Counted from the stretch's first letter, positions 1-9,446 are shown. The stretch: 64,000 bases of DNA from an uncultured Pseudomonadota bacterium (GCA_900320405.1 OOHM01000002.1:236461-300460), one strand, 5' to 3'. A program made the numbers and translations. Notes: generated by a model from the sequence alone, not told the origin.

Positions 1-850
1 ATCGGGTGATTCGTTGGTCGTGTCCAGTGGTCGCGCCGTTTTCCATTTGCCAACATTACCGGCGGAAAATTTCCCGGCCATGGCGGGCAGTAATTTGACC
101 ACAAAATTCCAAATGACAACGGGTGATTTGGCGCACCTTATTAACCAAACAAAGTTCGCAATTCCAACGGACGATGTGCGCTATCATTTGGGCGGAATTT
201 ATTTCCATATTTCAAATGATGATGGCAAGGCCAAATTGACGGCGGTTGCAACCGATGCCCAACGTATGGCACTGTGCGCGATGGATGCGCCGGCGGGTTC
301 GGCCGAAATGCCGTCTGTGATTTTGCCGCGTCGCGTGATTGGCGAATTGTCCAAATTGTTGGAAGATGCGACCGTTGACGATGTTAATGTTGAATTGTCC
401 GATACCAAGGCGCGCTTTACAATTGGTGCCGCCATTTTGACCAGTAAACTGGTTGATGCCCAGTATCCAAATTATCGCGTTGTTATTCCAAAGGGTAATG
501 ACAAGATTGCGATTATGGACCGCAAACAATTCTTGAACGCGGTTGATTTGGTGTCGGTCGCCAGTATCGATAAGACAAAATCTGTTCAGTTGACATTTTC
601 AATGAACAAATTGGTTGTTAACGCGTCCAGTCCGGATGCCGGTACGGCAACCCAAGAATTGGATATTGAATATAACGGCGATGCGTCATTCAGTGTGACA
701 TTTAATGTAAAATTCCTTATGGATGTCGCAGGCCAGGTTGAAGGTGAAAAATTCCAGATGGAAATGCAAGATCCACTTTCACCGACAATTATTCAATCGA
801 CAAACAAAGATACCGATGCATTGTTCATCCTTATGCCAATGCGGATGTAG
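1..850 (+). CDS. dnaN: DNA polymerase III beta sliding clamp, 3' portion (5' end lies outside the window)
   Basis: Translation ends ...LFILMPMRM, typical of the beta-clamp domain III. Internal motifs such as 'HLGGIYF' fit the beta clamp. The ORF is open to the window edge. Confidence 0.8.
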   Translation, partial: SGDSLVVSSGRAVFHLPTLPAENFPAMAGSNLTTKFQMTTGDLAHLINQTKFAIPTDDVRYHLGGIYFHISNDDGKAKLTAVATDAQRMALCAMDAPAGSAEMPSVILPRRVIGELSKLLEDATVDDVNVELSDTKARFTIGAAILTSKLVDAQYPNYRVVIPKGNDKIAIMDRKQFLNAVDLVSVASIDKTKSVQLTFSMNKLVVNASSPDAGTATQELDIEYNGDASFSVTFNVKFLMDVAGQVEGEKFQMEMQDPLSPTIIQSTNKDTDALFILMPMRM

Positions 851-869
851 GGTATAGTGGTTAGTAAAA

Positions 870-895
870 AAACGGTCGCATCCTTGCGACCGTTT
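870..895. terminator. Bidirectional rho-independent terminator between convergent dnaN and the 917-2203 gene
   Basis: Hairpin 'acggtcgca tcct tgcgaccgt' followed by 'tttgtgtt'. Confidence 0.5.
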
Positions 896-916
896 TGTGT
901 TCCTTAAATAACTAAA

Positions 917-2203
917 TTATGGGCAAACCGCGATTTGATCCAGAACATTTTGGACATCGTCATTTATTGACACGGTTATCTCACGATTTAACCCATCACG
1001 ATATGTCCAATAAAATGGCGAATTTGCAAATTCTGGTGATGCGCGCCATGCATCTACAAACGGTGCCAACATCGCCGTGAACCATTGGCGGCCGCGACAC
1101 AGACACCCGTTGCGAACATCTGCGATAACCGCGGCGGTTGCCGTTTCTGGGTATTTTTCGTCCAATTCTGTGTCGTTCATCATCAAACAACGATTCCCAA
1201 TGTTATAGAAATTTGCATCATCGGACATAAATTTATAGATTAAACCATCCGATGCGCCCGCGTTCCGTAATGAATACTTCATACCTTCGATGCAACATGC
1301 GCGCGCAGAATTCATTAACATTTTATACCGTTCAACCAGTGGCGCCGCCGCGGGTGAATTCGCATCCAATTCGCCGTTGCAATTTGCCGCCGACAATAAT
1401 TCATACATTTTGTCTGTGCGGATTTTTGGACTGCGCGGGGATACCGTTTCACGAATAATCGGTTTGCGTCGCCAAATGTTGCATTCGGTTTCGGTTTCAA
1501 ACGGACATCCGTCGTCACCAAATGCGGTACGAATCGGTGCAGACATATCCTGGGCCACATATTTTGGATCCGGTGCAAATGTCGGTTGTGCCGGTGTGTC
1601 GCACGGGGCACTTGCGTCCACAATTTCGGTTGTGGGCGTGTCCAACCACAGGTTCCCAGACGGTTTCTGGGGATTTAACAATTCTTCGATGCGGGCGCGT
1701 GTTTCGGCGGCATCGTTCATCGTGTCGTTATACAATTCAACCAATTCTGTGTCGTCGGATTCCCGCAGATAAAGTTCCGGCAGGTCGCTTAACATCCAAT
1801 CGCGAAAATCTTTCTTTTCATAATTTGATATGGAATCATCCCAAATTGGTACACCGTTTTTCCAACTGACGGTCTTGGGATATGTGCGGGATTTATATTT
1901 TCCGTTCGTCCCGTCCCACAGTGGTGCACGATTGTCAATCGGTGCCGGTTTGATAGACAACAATTTAACATTGCGCATCGGTGTCAGGTTTGATGTGGTT
2001 TCCACCGCCATCGTGTCGTATTCGACAATCGGTGTGGCCGGCGTGTCCGGCGCATCATAATCAAACCATGAATATTCCGTGTCCGTTGTTTCATATACCG
2101 GTTCGGGTTCATAGCAGGCGTCGCCCGTACATTCGGACGCGACCGCGGTCGCCATGCTGCATACGCAAACCATAGACGACAAAAATAAAATCTTTGCTTT
2201 CAT
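917..2203 (-). CDS. Secreted cysteine-rich hypothetical protein (428 aa)
   Basis: N-terminal signal peptide MKAKILFLSSMVCVCSMATAVASE. Acidic/Pro-rich N-terminus and many Cys (CTGDAC, ARACCIEG, GCLCRG). No recognisable family. Confidence 0.55.
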   Translation of the reverse strand: MKAKILFLSSMVCVCSMATAVASECTGDACYEPEPVYETTDTEYSWFDYDAPDTPATPIVEYDTMAVETTSNLTPMRNVKLLSIKPAPIDNRAPLWDGTNGKYKSRTYPKTVSWKNGVPIWDDSISNYEKKDFRDWMLSDLPELYLRESDDTELVELYNDTMNDAAETRARIEELLNPQKPSGNLWLDTPTTEIVDASAPCDTPAQPTFAPDPKYVAQDMSAPIRTAFGDDGCPFETETECNIWRRKPIIRETVSPRSPKIRTDKMYELLSAANCNGELDANSPAAAPLVERYKMLMNSARACCIEGMKYSLRNAGASDGLIYKFMSDDANFYNIGNRCLMMNDTELDEKYPETATAAVIADVRNGCLCRGRQWFTAMLAPFVDAWRASPEFANSPFYWTYRDGLNREITVSINDDVQNVLDQIAVCP

Positions 2204-2313
2204 GATTTGAATTATATCACAAATCGCACTTGAAAAAAAGAATAAAAAACTTGCGTTTTGGGGTTGTTTTTTATAATCTTAACCCGTTATAAGTAAAACC
2301 AAGAGGATTTAAT

Positions 2314-2883
2314 ATGGCATCTGTGACAGCAAATGATATGCGGGTCGGTTGGGTTATTTCCCATAATGGCCGCCGTTATACCGTGACATCAATTACCAAA
2401 GTGAAACCGGGCAAGGGCGGTGCGTTTGTTCAGGCCGACCTGCGCGATATCGATTCGGGAAACAAGGGTGGCGACCGTTGGCGCGCCGAAGACAAGGTTG
2501 AAAAGTTGATGGTTGAAGACCGCGATTGTCAATACCTGTATTCCGATGGTACAGACGCATATTTTATGAATTTGTCTGATTATGAACAATTTACTATGCC
2601 GATGGATTCGTTGGGCGAACAGGTTAAATTCTTGGCACCCGATATGACCGTTAAAACAAATTTTGTCGAAGGTCAACCGGTGTCTATGTCTTTGCCGAAA
2701 ACAGTTGTCGCAACCGTCGAAGAAACCGAACCGGCGTTAAAGGGTCAAACCGCAACCGGCAGTGGCGGCAAACCTGCAATTTTGGATAACGGCGTCCGTG
2801 TCCAGGTTCCGGTCTTTATTGAACAGGGTGAAAAGATTGTTGTAAATACTGAAACCCTGGAATACGTCGAACGGGCAAAATAG
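2314..2883 (+). CDS. efp: Elongation factor P
   Basis: 189 aa. 'KPGKGGAFVQADLRD' carries the conserved EF-P loop lysine. Typical length. RBS 'aagagga' upstream. Confidence 0.9.
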   Translation: MASVTANDMRVGWVISHNGRRYTVTSITKVKPGKGGAFVQADLRDIDSGNKGGDRWRAEDKVEKLMVEDRDCQYLYSDGTDAYFMNLSDYEQFTMPMDSLGEQVKFLAPDMTVKTNFVEGQPVSMSLPKTVVATVEETEPALKGQTATGSGGKPAILDNGVRVQVPVFIEQGEKIVVNTETLEYVERAK

Positions 2884-2943
2884 TGGATAGTGTAAGTGGT
2901 TGTGTTTAGTGAAAACGGGTGCAGAAGTGCACCTGTTTTTATG

Positions 2944-3059
2944 CGTCATCCCGGCGTAGGCCGGGATCTCTTTGATTTACGACGAGACTGAAGGGGTCCC
3001 GACTGTATCACCCAAAAAATGCTGTGCATTTTTCGGGACCCGATGTCGTCGGGATGACG
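2944..3059. repeat. Palindromic repeat element, family 1 ('CGTCATCCCGGCGTAGGCCGGGATC...GACGAGACTGAAGGGTCCCGAC...GTCGGGATGACG')
   Basis: Termini 'cgtcatcccg'/'cgggatgacg' are inverted repeats. A second copy lies at 53611-53686. It sits between convergent efp and the aldolase gene. Confidence 0.6.
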
Positions 3060-3068
3060 GTGTAATTG

Positions 3069-4022
3069 TTAGTCACTAATCAATCTGTTTGCCGAATTCA
3101 TAATGTTAATTATTTCTCCAACCGTATTTTCGTATACGGCGGATTTTGCGGCGTCCAGATATTCGCGCGGATTAAACATTTCTGGATTTTGATTTAACAT
3201 TTCACGAACGGCGGCCGTGAACGCAAGACGATTATCACTGTCTACATTTATTTTGCATACGTTCATTTTTGCGGCGCGTTGCAGTTGTTCAATTTGTATT
3301 CCGCGCGCACCCGAAATATTTCCACCATTTTGATTTATTATATTTATCAACACATCCGGAATACACGACGCCCCGTGCAGCACGATTGGAAAATTCGGCA
3401 TCAATTTACTTATTTCGTCCAATATGTCAAATCGTAAACTTTCATCCCCAGATTTTCGTTTGTATGCGCCGTGTGATGTGCCGATTGCAACCGCCAAAGA
3501 ATCAATACCTGTACGTGACACAAATTCCGTCGCCATATCGGGGCGTGTAAAAATTTCTGTATCTGAATTTGTGTTATCGTCTTCGAATCCGGCCAGTGTC
3601 CCCAATTCCGCCTCGACCGAAACACCACGCGGGTGCGCATATTCGGCAACGCGTGTGGTGATTGCGACATTTTTATCAAATGATAAATTACTGGCGTCTA
3701 TCATAACGCTGGAAAATCCCAAATCTATGGCGCGTGCGCAGGATTCAAAACTGTGTCCATGGTCCAAGTGCAGTGCGATTTGTTCATTGGGTTTGATGCA
3801 CGCACCGCGTATCATAGACATTAACATATTTTCGCCCATATAATCCAGTGCGGATTCCGATACGGCCAATATAATGGGACTGAGCGTGTTGCGCGCCGCC
3901 GCCAAAATTGCGGACAAAGTTTCCATATTATAAAAGTTAAATGCACCCACGGCATAGCCGCCCGCATTGGCGTCGGCAAACATTTTGCGCGTATTTACCA
4001 AACCGAATTGTTCGTATTTCAT
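3069..4022 (-). CDS. fba: Class II fructose/ketose-bisphosphate aldolase
   Basis: MKYEQFGLVNTRKMFADANAGGYAVGAFNFYNMETL...HLDHGHSFE... matches class II aldolases. Real start taken at the internal Met (cat at 4020-4022). The 134-aa upstream extension of the ORF is non-homologous. Confidence 0.8.
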   Translation of the reverse strand: MKYEQFGLVNTRKMFADANAGGYAVGAFNFYNMETLSAILAAARNTLSPIILAVSESALDYMGENMLMSMIRGACIKPNEQIALHLDHGHSFESCARAIDLGFSSVMIDASNLSFDKNVAITTRVAEYAHPRGVSVEAELGTLAGFEDDNTNSDTEIFTRPDMATEFVSRTGIDSLAVAIGTSHGAYKRKSGDESLRFDILDEISKLMPNFPIVLHGASCIPDVLINIINQNGGNISGARGIQIEQLQRAAKMNVCKINVDSDNRLAFTAAVREMLNQNPEMFNPREYLDAAKSAVYENTVGEIINIMNSANRLISD

Positions 4023-4183
4023 AATGAAAAATCTGTCCTGTGCCACAATTATATCATATTTTTCCGTTTTCGCCCAGTGGATAAAAACCGGCGATAAAAT
4101 AATTGACACCGGGGGCATTTGTGCCACAATGTGATTGAACGAATCGGGAGTGTGATAGAGGCAACAAACATAAGGATTATGCG

Positions 4184-4549
4184 ATGAAAAAACTTCTGGT
4201 TTATGCAATTGCGATGGCGGGATTGGCCGGATGCACATACTATGATTACTACAAAGGTGGTGTCCGTTATACCCAGGATGGCAAGGATTGTGTTTATTAC
4301 AGTGACGAATATGCGCGTCATTATTCGGCAAATATTGATGGTATTGACGGCAATAACCGTATTGTTTATAAAAATACAAAATGCGAAGATTTGTTCGCAC
4401 GCGATAATGCGGGTCGTGTTGCACGCAATGATCGTAAAATTATCGTTCCTGCGGCGGTTGAAAGTGTTCAGACAATTAAAGCCGCGGATTGCGGGTGCTG
4501 TCGCGCAGAACCGATTTCCCGTCGTTTCTATACGATTTCTGGAAAATAA
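4184..4549 (+). CDS. Small lipoprotein, hypothetical
   Basis: MKKLLVYAIAMAGLAGC lipobox. 121 aa. Followed by a terminator. Confidence 0.55.
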   Translation: MKKLLVYAIAMAGLAGCTYYDYYKGGVRYTQDGKDCVYYSDEYARHYSANIDGIDGNNRIVYKNTKCEDLFARDNAGRVARNDRKIIVPAAVESVQTIKAADCGCCRAEPISRRFYTISGK

Positions 4550-4562
4550 TACCAAGTTAAAA

Positions 4563-4590
4563 TGCCGCCCCGGTTTGGGGCGTTTTTTTT
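4563..4590 (+). terminator. Rho-independent terminator
   Basis: 'gccccggtttggggcg' hairpin plus T8. Confidence 0.6.
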
Positions 4591-4649
4591 AATTTTGTTT
4601 GAAATGTGAGTATTTTTGTGATAGAATGCCAGGGAAAAGGAGATTTAAT

Positions 4650-4994
4650 ATGAAGAAGATTTCGAATTATTTTTTAATGGCGTCCGTTTTTGTGATGGCA
4701 AGTATGCCCGCATTCGCAGACGAAGCGGTATGTAAATTGATTACCGGGTTGAAACCGGTTATCAACACTTTGCGAACATTGGCGTTTGTTGGTGCCGCGT
4801 TCGTTTTGATGGATTGGGCATGGGGATATATTAAAAGTGGTAAGGCGGAAATGAAAGATATTGAAGCCAAGGGTATTGGTATGTTGGTTGGATTCTTTCT
4901 GTTGTTCGGTGTTGGACTTATTCTGCAATTTGTCGGGTCACGGAGTGGTGCGGAATTCTTTAATTGCCCGATTGATTTCTTGGGTGGTATTTAA
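4650..4994 (+). CDS. Small membrane protein, VirB2/TrbC pilin-like (signal peptide plus two hydrophobic helices)
   Basis: RBS aaggag, then MKKISNYFLMASVFVMASMPAFA signal. 'CKLITGL...TLRTLAFVGAAFVLMDWAWG...GIGMLVGFFLLFGVGLIL' resembles T4SS pilin topology. Assignment by pattern only. Confidence 0.4.
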   Translation: MKKISNYFLMASVFVMASMPAFADEAVCKLITGLKPVINTLRTLAFVGAAFVLMDWAWGYIKSGKAEMKDIEAKGIGMLVGFFLLFGVGLILQFVGSRSGAEFFNCPIDFLGGI

Positions 4995-5016
4995 TGAACC
5001 ACAATGTAAAAAATTG

Positions 5017-5041
5017 AAAGGCGTCAATTTGACGCCTTTTT
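5017..5041. terminator. Bidirectional terminator between convergent genes
   Basis: 'aaaggcgtcaatttgacgccttttt' hairpin plus T-run. Confidence 0.5.
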
Positions 5042-5044
5042 GTT

Positions 5045-5974
5045 TTATTGAACTTTTGTATTTATATATCTTTTTGCAAATTCAAATTCGCGTTTATTGT
5101 GCCATTTTTCGACTTCGTCCACCGATGCGCGGTCGAAATTGACCTCTGGACGGCCGAATTTCTTTTTCATATCTTCGCGTGCCGCAATCATTTCATTGTA
5201 CACGATGCCGCGCAGTATGCTGTATTCGCGTGCAGGTGCTTCAAAGTCCCATTTGTATACAATGTTTTTTAATGCCGTGCCGTACGCCGCCAATAAATGC
5301 GCATTCATAAAATCGGCCAATGGTTTGTTTTCGTGTAATCTGTATTCTTCCCGAATATCACCCGCATTCAGGTTTCCAAACAACCATTTTACCATTTCGC
5401 GATTTAATTCTGCATAGTGTTGGTTATGCGCGTGCAATTTGTTCATAATGCCGTTCAATTGTTTTTGATATTTTCTAACATCGCTGCGCAGACCGATGCG
5501 TTCGGCTTGGTTGGTTAATCTGTACAAATCAATTATTGATGTGTTTGGATTAGGGGTCATAAAATATTCTTGATGAAATATTGTTGGTTTGCTTTTACCG
5601 ATTTCTTTGACCAACGCCCACGCGGCAAATCTTGATACCTCGGCATCAAAGTTTTTATCATCAATGACGCGGAAGTGTCCAGATGCCAATTTTGACATAC
5701 GTTCCGGATTGTTTTCTTTTAGTTTATTTGGTGTGTATGCACGCACAGCGTTATCCAATGTTATGGTGCTTTTATACGGTTCACCGTTAAGTCCGTCAAC
5801 GGTATTTAACAATTCGGATAATTTCCAGAAATCATTTGCGCCCGCCGCAATTTGTTGATCTGGGGCCCAATCTGGCCATATAGATAATTCGCGCCAGATA
5901 CGGGTGGTATTACGCCCGTTATTCAATTTGTCGAAGGTTTCCATATATTTATTCGGAATGATAATGTTTTCCAT
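5045..5974 (-). CDS. Hypothetical protein (309 aa), probably co-transcribed with the upstream RHH gene
   Basis: Long ORF 20 bp downstream of the 5994-6224 gene. No family recognised. An R-x5-H (REEYRLH) motif is noted but not diagnostic. Confidence 0.5.
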   Translation of the reverse strand: MENIIIPNKYMETFDKLNNGRNTTRIWRELSIWPDWAPDQQIAAGANDFWKLSELLNTVDGLNGEPYKSTITLDNAVRAYTPNKLKENNPERMSKLASGHFRVIDDKNFDAEVSRFAAWALVKEIGKSKPTIFHQEYFMTPNPNTSIIDLYRLTNQAERIGLRSDVRKYQKQLNGIMNKLHAHNQHYAELNREMVKWLFGNLNAGDIREEYRLHENKPLADFMNAHLLAAYGTALKNIVYKWDFEAPAREYSILRGIVYNEMIAAREDMKKKFGRPEVNFDRASVDEVEKWHNKREFEFAKRYINTKVQ

Positions 5975-5993
5975 TTTTATTCCTTTTGGTTTT

Positions 5994-6224
5994 TTATTGT
6001 TTGTTGTTGTCTTCGGTATTCGCCAATGAAAACAGTACAGACGAAATTAGCGACTGGTACGGGACATGTTGCGTTGCCGCCAATTCTTTTAACCGGTCCA
6101 GTATCGGTCGGGGAATGCGCATATTGATAACCGCATCCGATTTATTGAATGCACGGTATGCAGCATATTCCCGCAGAAGGGATTCTATGTTCATAACAAA
6201 AAGTTGTTGCATAACGTTTGGCAT
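5994..6224 (-). CDS. BrnA/CopG-like ribbon-helix-helix antitoxin-family protein
   Basis: 'MRIPRPILDRLKELAATQHVPYQSLISSVL' matches the BrnA-antitoxin pattern (R-I-x-L...pYQtlI). 76 aa. No BrnT-like ORF upstream. Confidence 0.5.
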   Translation of the reverse strand: MPNVMQQLFVMNIESLLREYAAYRAFNKSDAVINMRIPRPILDRLKELAATQHVPYQSLISSVLFSLANTEDNNKQ

Positions 6225-6517
6225 TTTTACCTCTATACATTACTCAATACAACCGTCTTCACAAGCCACTATACCATTGTATTTACAATTGTCAATACAT
6301 TTGTATAAACACCAGTATTTACGGGCGTGTTGGCGTGTGTATAGTGGTTTGTATGGCGCAGAAATCCGGGAAAAAATTATGATACAAAAATTTTTATTGT
6401 GTTGGTTTTCTGGGTGGTGTTTTACGATGAATTTTGGCTATTTGGGGGCTTGCACTTTGTGTATGTATGTTCTAAAATGCGAATCGGTTTAAGGAAATAT
6501 ACAGGAAAGGATTTCTT

Positions 6518-7840
6518 ATGTTTAGAAAGGTTTTATATATGGCGGCGGCCATATTTGCGTTTTGTATGCCGGTGGCGCGTGCGGAATTAAAGGTTGATAT
6601 TGTTGCCGGTGCGGCGGACCCCATTTCGGTTGCAATTCAAAAGTTTGAGGTTGCCGGTGGCGCATCCACCGCCGATGCGGCGACGATACGCAGTGTGGTC
6701 GAGGCGGACCTGAAACGGACCGGATTATTTCACATTGTTAACCACGATGCGTTCCCGGAATTTGTAAAGATGGACGCGATGCCGGCGTTTAAGTCTTGGG
6801 CGGCCATCAAAGCGGCGGTGTTGGTGCAATCCAAATTGACCAAGAAATCGGATGGTAAATACCAATTAGATTTCTATGTTTGGGATGTTGCGGGCCAAGA
6901 ACAGATAGAAGCGCAAAGTCTGGCCGCATCAAAGAAGTCTGTACGGCGGTTGGGACATATTATGGCGGACGCCATTTATGAAAGATTAACGGGCGAGGTT
7001 GGATATTTCGATACCCAGATTGTATTTATTGCCGAAACTGGCCCGATTGACCGGCGCACTAAGCGTATGGCGATTATGGACCAAGACGGATATGGTATGC
7101 GGTATCTGTCGGATGCGAAAACATTTGTTATGTCGCCGCATTTTTCGCCGAATATGCAATCGATAGTGTTCTTGTCATACTATAACGACGACCCGATGGT
7201 TTGGATTTTGGATTTGAACACGGGTGCGCAACGCAGGTTAGGGCAATTTGGTGGTATGAACTTTGCGCCACGGTTTTCCCCAGATGGATCGCGTGTGGCG
7301 TTGTCTTTGGTGAAAAACGGGATTACACATATATATGAATACGATATAGAAAACAATTACTTGAAACAGTTGACGACGGGCAATTCGATTAACACCAGTC
7401 CGTCTTATTCCCCGGACGGTCGAAAAATCGCGTTCAATTCAGACCGCGGCGGGTCCCAGCAGATTTATGTCCTGGACGTGGAGTCCGGCGCGGTAGAACG
7501 CATTACATACGGGGCGGGGCGGTATGCGACCCCGGCGTGGTCACCGGACGGGCAATTTATTGCCTTTACGAAAATGGCGGATGACACATTCTATGTTGGG
7601 GTGATGGATCCGCGGGGCAAAAACGAAAAGATTTTGGCGGGCGGTTGGTTTATGGAGGCTCCGTCTTGGGCGCCGGGTTCGCGTCGTGTGGTATATTATG
7701 AAACCGAACGGACGGACGACAATATGGAACGCGTCAGTCACATTCGCAGTGTCGATATCACCGGGCAAAATATATATGACATAGATTTGCCGGACGGTGT
7801 GAATGGTTTGGAACCAACATGGTCGCCACGGTTGCCGTAA
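6518..7840 (+). CDS. tolB: Tol-Pal system beta-propeller protein TolB
   Basis: Signal peptide. Repeated 'SPDG..IAF' beta-propeller blades (SPSYSPDGRKIAFNSDRGGSQQIYVLDV; TPAWSPDGQFIAFT). 440 aa. Confidence 0.9.
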   Translation: MFRKVLYMAAAIFAFCMPVARAELKVDIVAGAADPISVAIQKFEVAGGASTADAATIRSVVEADLKRTGLFHIVNHDAFPEFVKMDAMPAFKSWAAIKAAVLVQSKLTKKSDGKYQLDFYVWDVAGQEQIEAQSLAASKKSVRRLGHIMADAIYERLTGEVGYFDTQIVFIAETGPIDRRTKRMAIMDQDGYGMRYLSDAKTFVMSPHFSPNMQSIVFLSYYNDDPMVWILDLNTGAQRRLGQFGGMNFAPRFSPDGSRVALSLVKNGITHIYEYDIENNYLKQLTTGNSINTSPSYSPDGRKIAFNSDRGGSQQIYVLDVESGAVERITYGAGRYATPAWSPDGQFIAFTKMADDTFYVGVMDPRGKNEKILAGGWFMEAPSWAPGSRRVVYYETERTDDNMERVSHIRSVDITGQNIYDIDLPDGVNGLEPTWSPRLP

Positions 7841-8250
7841 TGCAGAAATTTTTGGTTGCGTTTTTTGGAATTTTGTGTGCGGGCGTGGCGTTTGCCACGC
7901 CGGCGCGCGTAGACTATATTGTTGACGGCGATACTTTTGGTGCGACGGTTATGTTGGACGGGGATATTCGTGTTCCGGTGCGTGTTCGTATTCGGGACAT
8001 TGACACACCGGAAATTCACGGAAAATGTGCGGCGGAACGGGAAAGGGCGGCCGCGGCCCGGGCGCGTTTGGGGGAAATATTGCCACCCGGTTCGATTGTA
8101 GAATTAACGAACATCAAAGACGACAAATATTTGGGTCGCATTGATGCCAATGTTGCGGATGCGCGTGGCGCGGATGTTTCGGCGAATATGGTTCGTGCAG
8201 GATTGGGTCGCCCGTACAACGGCGGCAAAAGGGCAGGTTGGTGCCGGTAA
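7840..8250 (+). CDS. Secreted thermonuclease (SNase-like) family protein
   Basis: Signal peptide MQKFLVAFFGILCAGVAFA. 'DGDTF...VRVRIRDIDTPE' is an SNase motif. The ATG overlaps the tolB stop. Confidence 0.6.
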   Translation: MQKFLVAFFGILCAGVAFATPARVDYIVDGDTFGATVMLDGDIRVPVRVRIRDIDTPEIHGKCAAERERAAAARARLGEILPPGSIVELTNIKDDKYLGRIDANVADARGADVSANMVRAGLGRPYNGGKRAGWCR

Positions 8251-8422
8251 ATTTTTAATTATAGTTGTTTATAGTTATTTGCATAAGTTTTAATCTAATT
8301 ATAATTTTTCTTGATTTTTTATAGTTAGAACACATTACATATAACAAATTACTAACAGCGAATTTCATATTGCATTTCTCAGGATTTTTGTCATAATACC
8401 GCCAATAATAAAGGTTTTATGA

Positions 8423-9052
8423 ATGTGCAGAGTAGTTGATTTTTTGTCTGAAAAACGCTTATCAAAGTATGGTGATCCAAACGAGCCTCAAACGGTTGAA
8501 GAATATTTTTTTAATGTGGAACTTTGCGAAAGCCTGTATCCGCTGTTAAGTCAATTTGAAGTGGCGTTGCGCAACAAGGTAGATTCTGTATTTTCTAAAT
8601 ATATGGGCGAAAATTGGATATTCGAATTTGTTCGACAGGATGAAAAATTGACTGAAGAAAAAAATATAACTGATCGTAATGAATTGATAGATTCTTTGAC
8701 TTTTGCGTTTTGGTCGCGTTTGTTTATGGCGGAACGCAAAGAACAAATATGGAATCATTATCCAAAGGTTTTAACCGATATATTTTCAAAACGTCGCGAA
8801 TTTATAAGTAGGGAAAAAGTTTCGTTTGAAATAGATCAGATACGCCGTTGTCGCAATCGGTTTTCTCATAATGGTTCATTATTGATATGTCCCAAGAAAC
8901 AAATGCCATGTCATAAAATACATAATTTGTTGTTGCGTATGATGCGTGAGCTTGGTGCAGACCCCTTATTGGAACACATTAAACCCATGGACAGGTTTGA
9001 TGATGTATTTAAACGTGGCCTGAACCTGGGGTTTATTACATGCAAGATATAA
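8423..9052 (+). CDS. Abi_2 (AbiD/AbiF-like) HEPN-domain abortive-infection-family protein
   Basis: 'IRRCRNRFSHNGSL' gives an R-x4-H HEPN motif in an Abi_2-like context. Preceded by about 170 bp of very AT-rich DNA. The gene is AT-richer than its neighbours. Confidence 0.55.
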   Translation: MCRVVDFLSEKRLSKYGDPNEPQTVEEYFFNVELCESLYPLLSQFEVALRNKVDSVFSKYMGENWIFEFVRQDEKLTEEKNITDRNELIDSLTFAFWSRLFMAERKEQIWNHYPKVLTDIFSKRREFISREKVSFEIDQIRRCRNRFSHNGSLLICPKKQMPCHKIHNLLLRMMRELGADPLLEHIKPMDRFDDVFKRGLNLGFITCKI

Positions 9053-9189
9053 AAAAGAGGCAATCACCACACGAACACCCAAGGGCTGCATAGACATGCT
9101 AAACGTGGGATATAGCCTCTTTACCTAACGAACATTTTATCATAAAAGTATATCAAAAGTCAACAAAAAAGATAAAAACGGCAAAAAGC

Positions 9190-9229
9190 GTGAAAAAAAC
9201 ACCCCCGAAGGGTGTTCAAGGACACAAGC
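9190..9229. repeat. 40-bp direct repeat copy 1 (contains GC hairpin 'acacccccgaagggtgt')
   Basis: Near-identical to 9447-9487. Confidence 0.7.
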
Positions 9230-9275
9230 GGTTTTTTTTAGATGATGCACCGGTTGGTGCCGGTAATTAAATTCA

Positions 9276-9395
9276 AGAAAGATTGTCATTCCGGACTTGG
9301 TCCGGAACAGGGTCTATGAAATTGTGACGGATTATTCGAATTTATTCTGAAACCCGCGTCACAACTGTAAAGCCCTGTTGCGGCCTGCGCCGCAA
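9276..9395. repeat. About 120-bp palindromic (MITE/RPE-like) element
   Basis: The left half 'ttgtcattccgg...ccggaacagggtct...gtgacgg' is the reverse complement of the right half '...ccgcgtcac...agccctgttgcggcctgcgccgcaatgacaa'. Confidence 0.6.
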
Positions 9396-9446
9396 TGACA
9401 ATTCTTTTTTTGTATTAAATTTTGTAAAATAATATGAACTATCTGG

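Noticed and set aside
1290-1869. Plus-strand ORFs (1290-1772, 1522-1869, 1830-2060) inside the 917-2203 gene.
   Set aside because: They overlap a longer signal-peptide-bearing ORF on the other strand and have an Arg/Ser-rich shadow composition.
4023-4424. 134-aa N-terminal extension of the aldolase ORF.
   Set aside because: It has no homology to aldolases and an His/Cys/Tyr-rich odd composition. The internal Met with conserved N-terminus 'MKYEQFG' is the real start. The stop-to-stop ORF merely reads through the divergent intergenic region.
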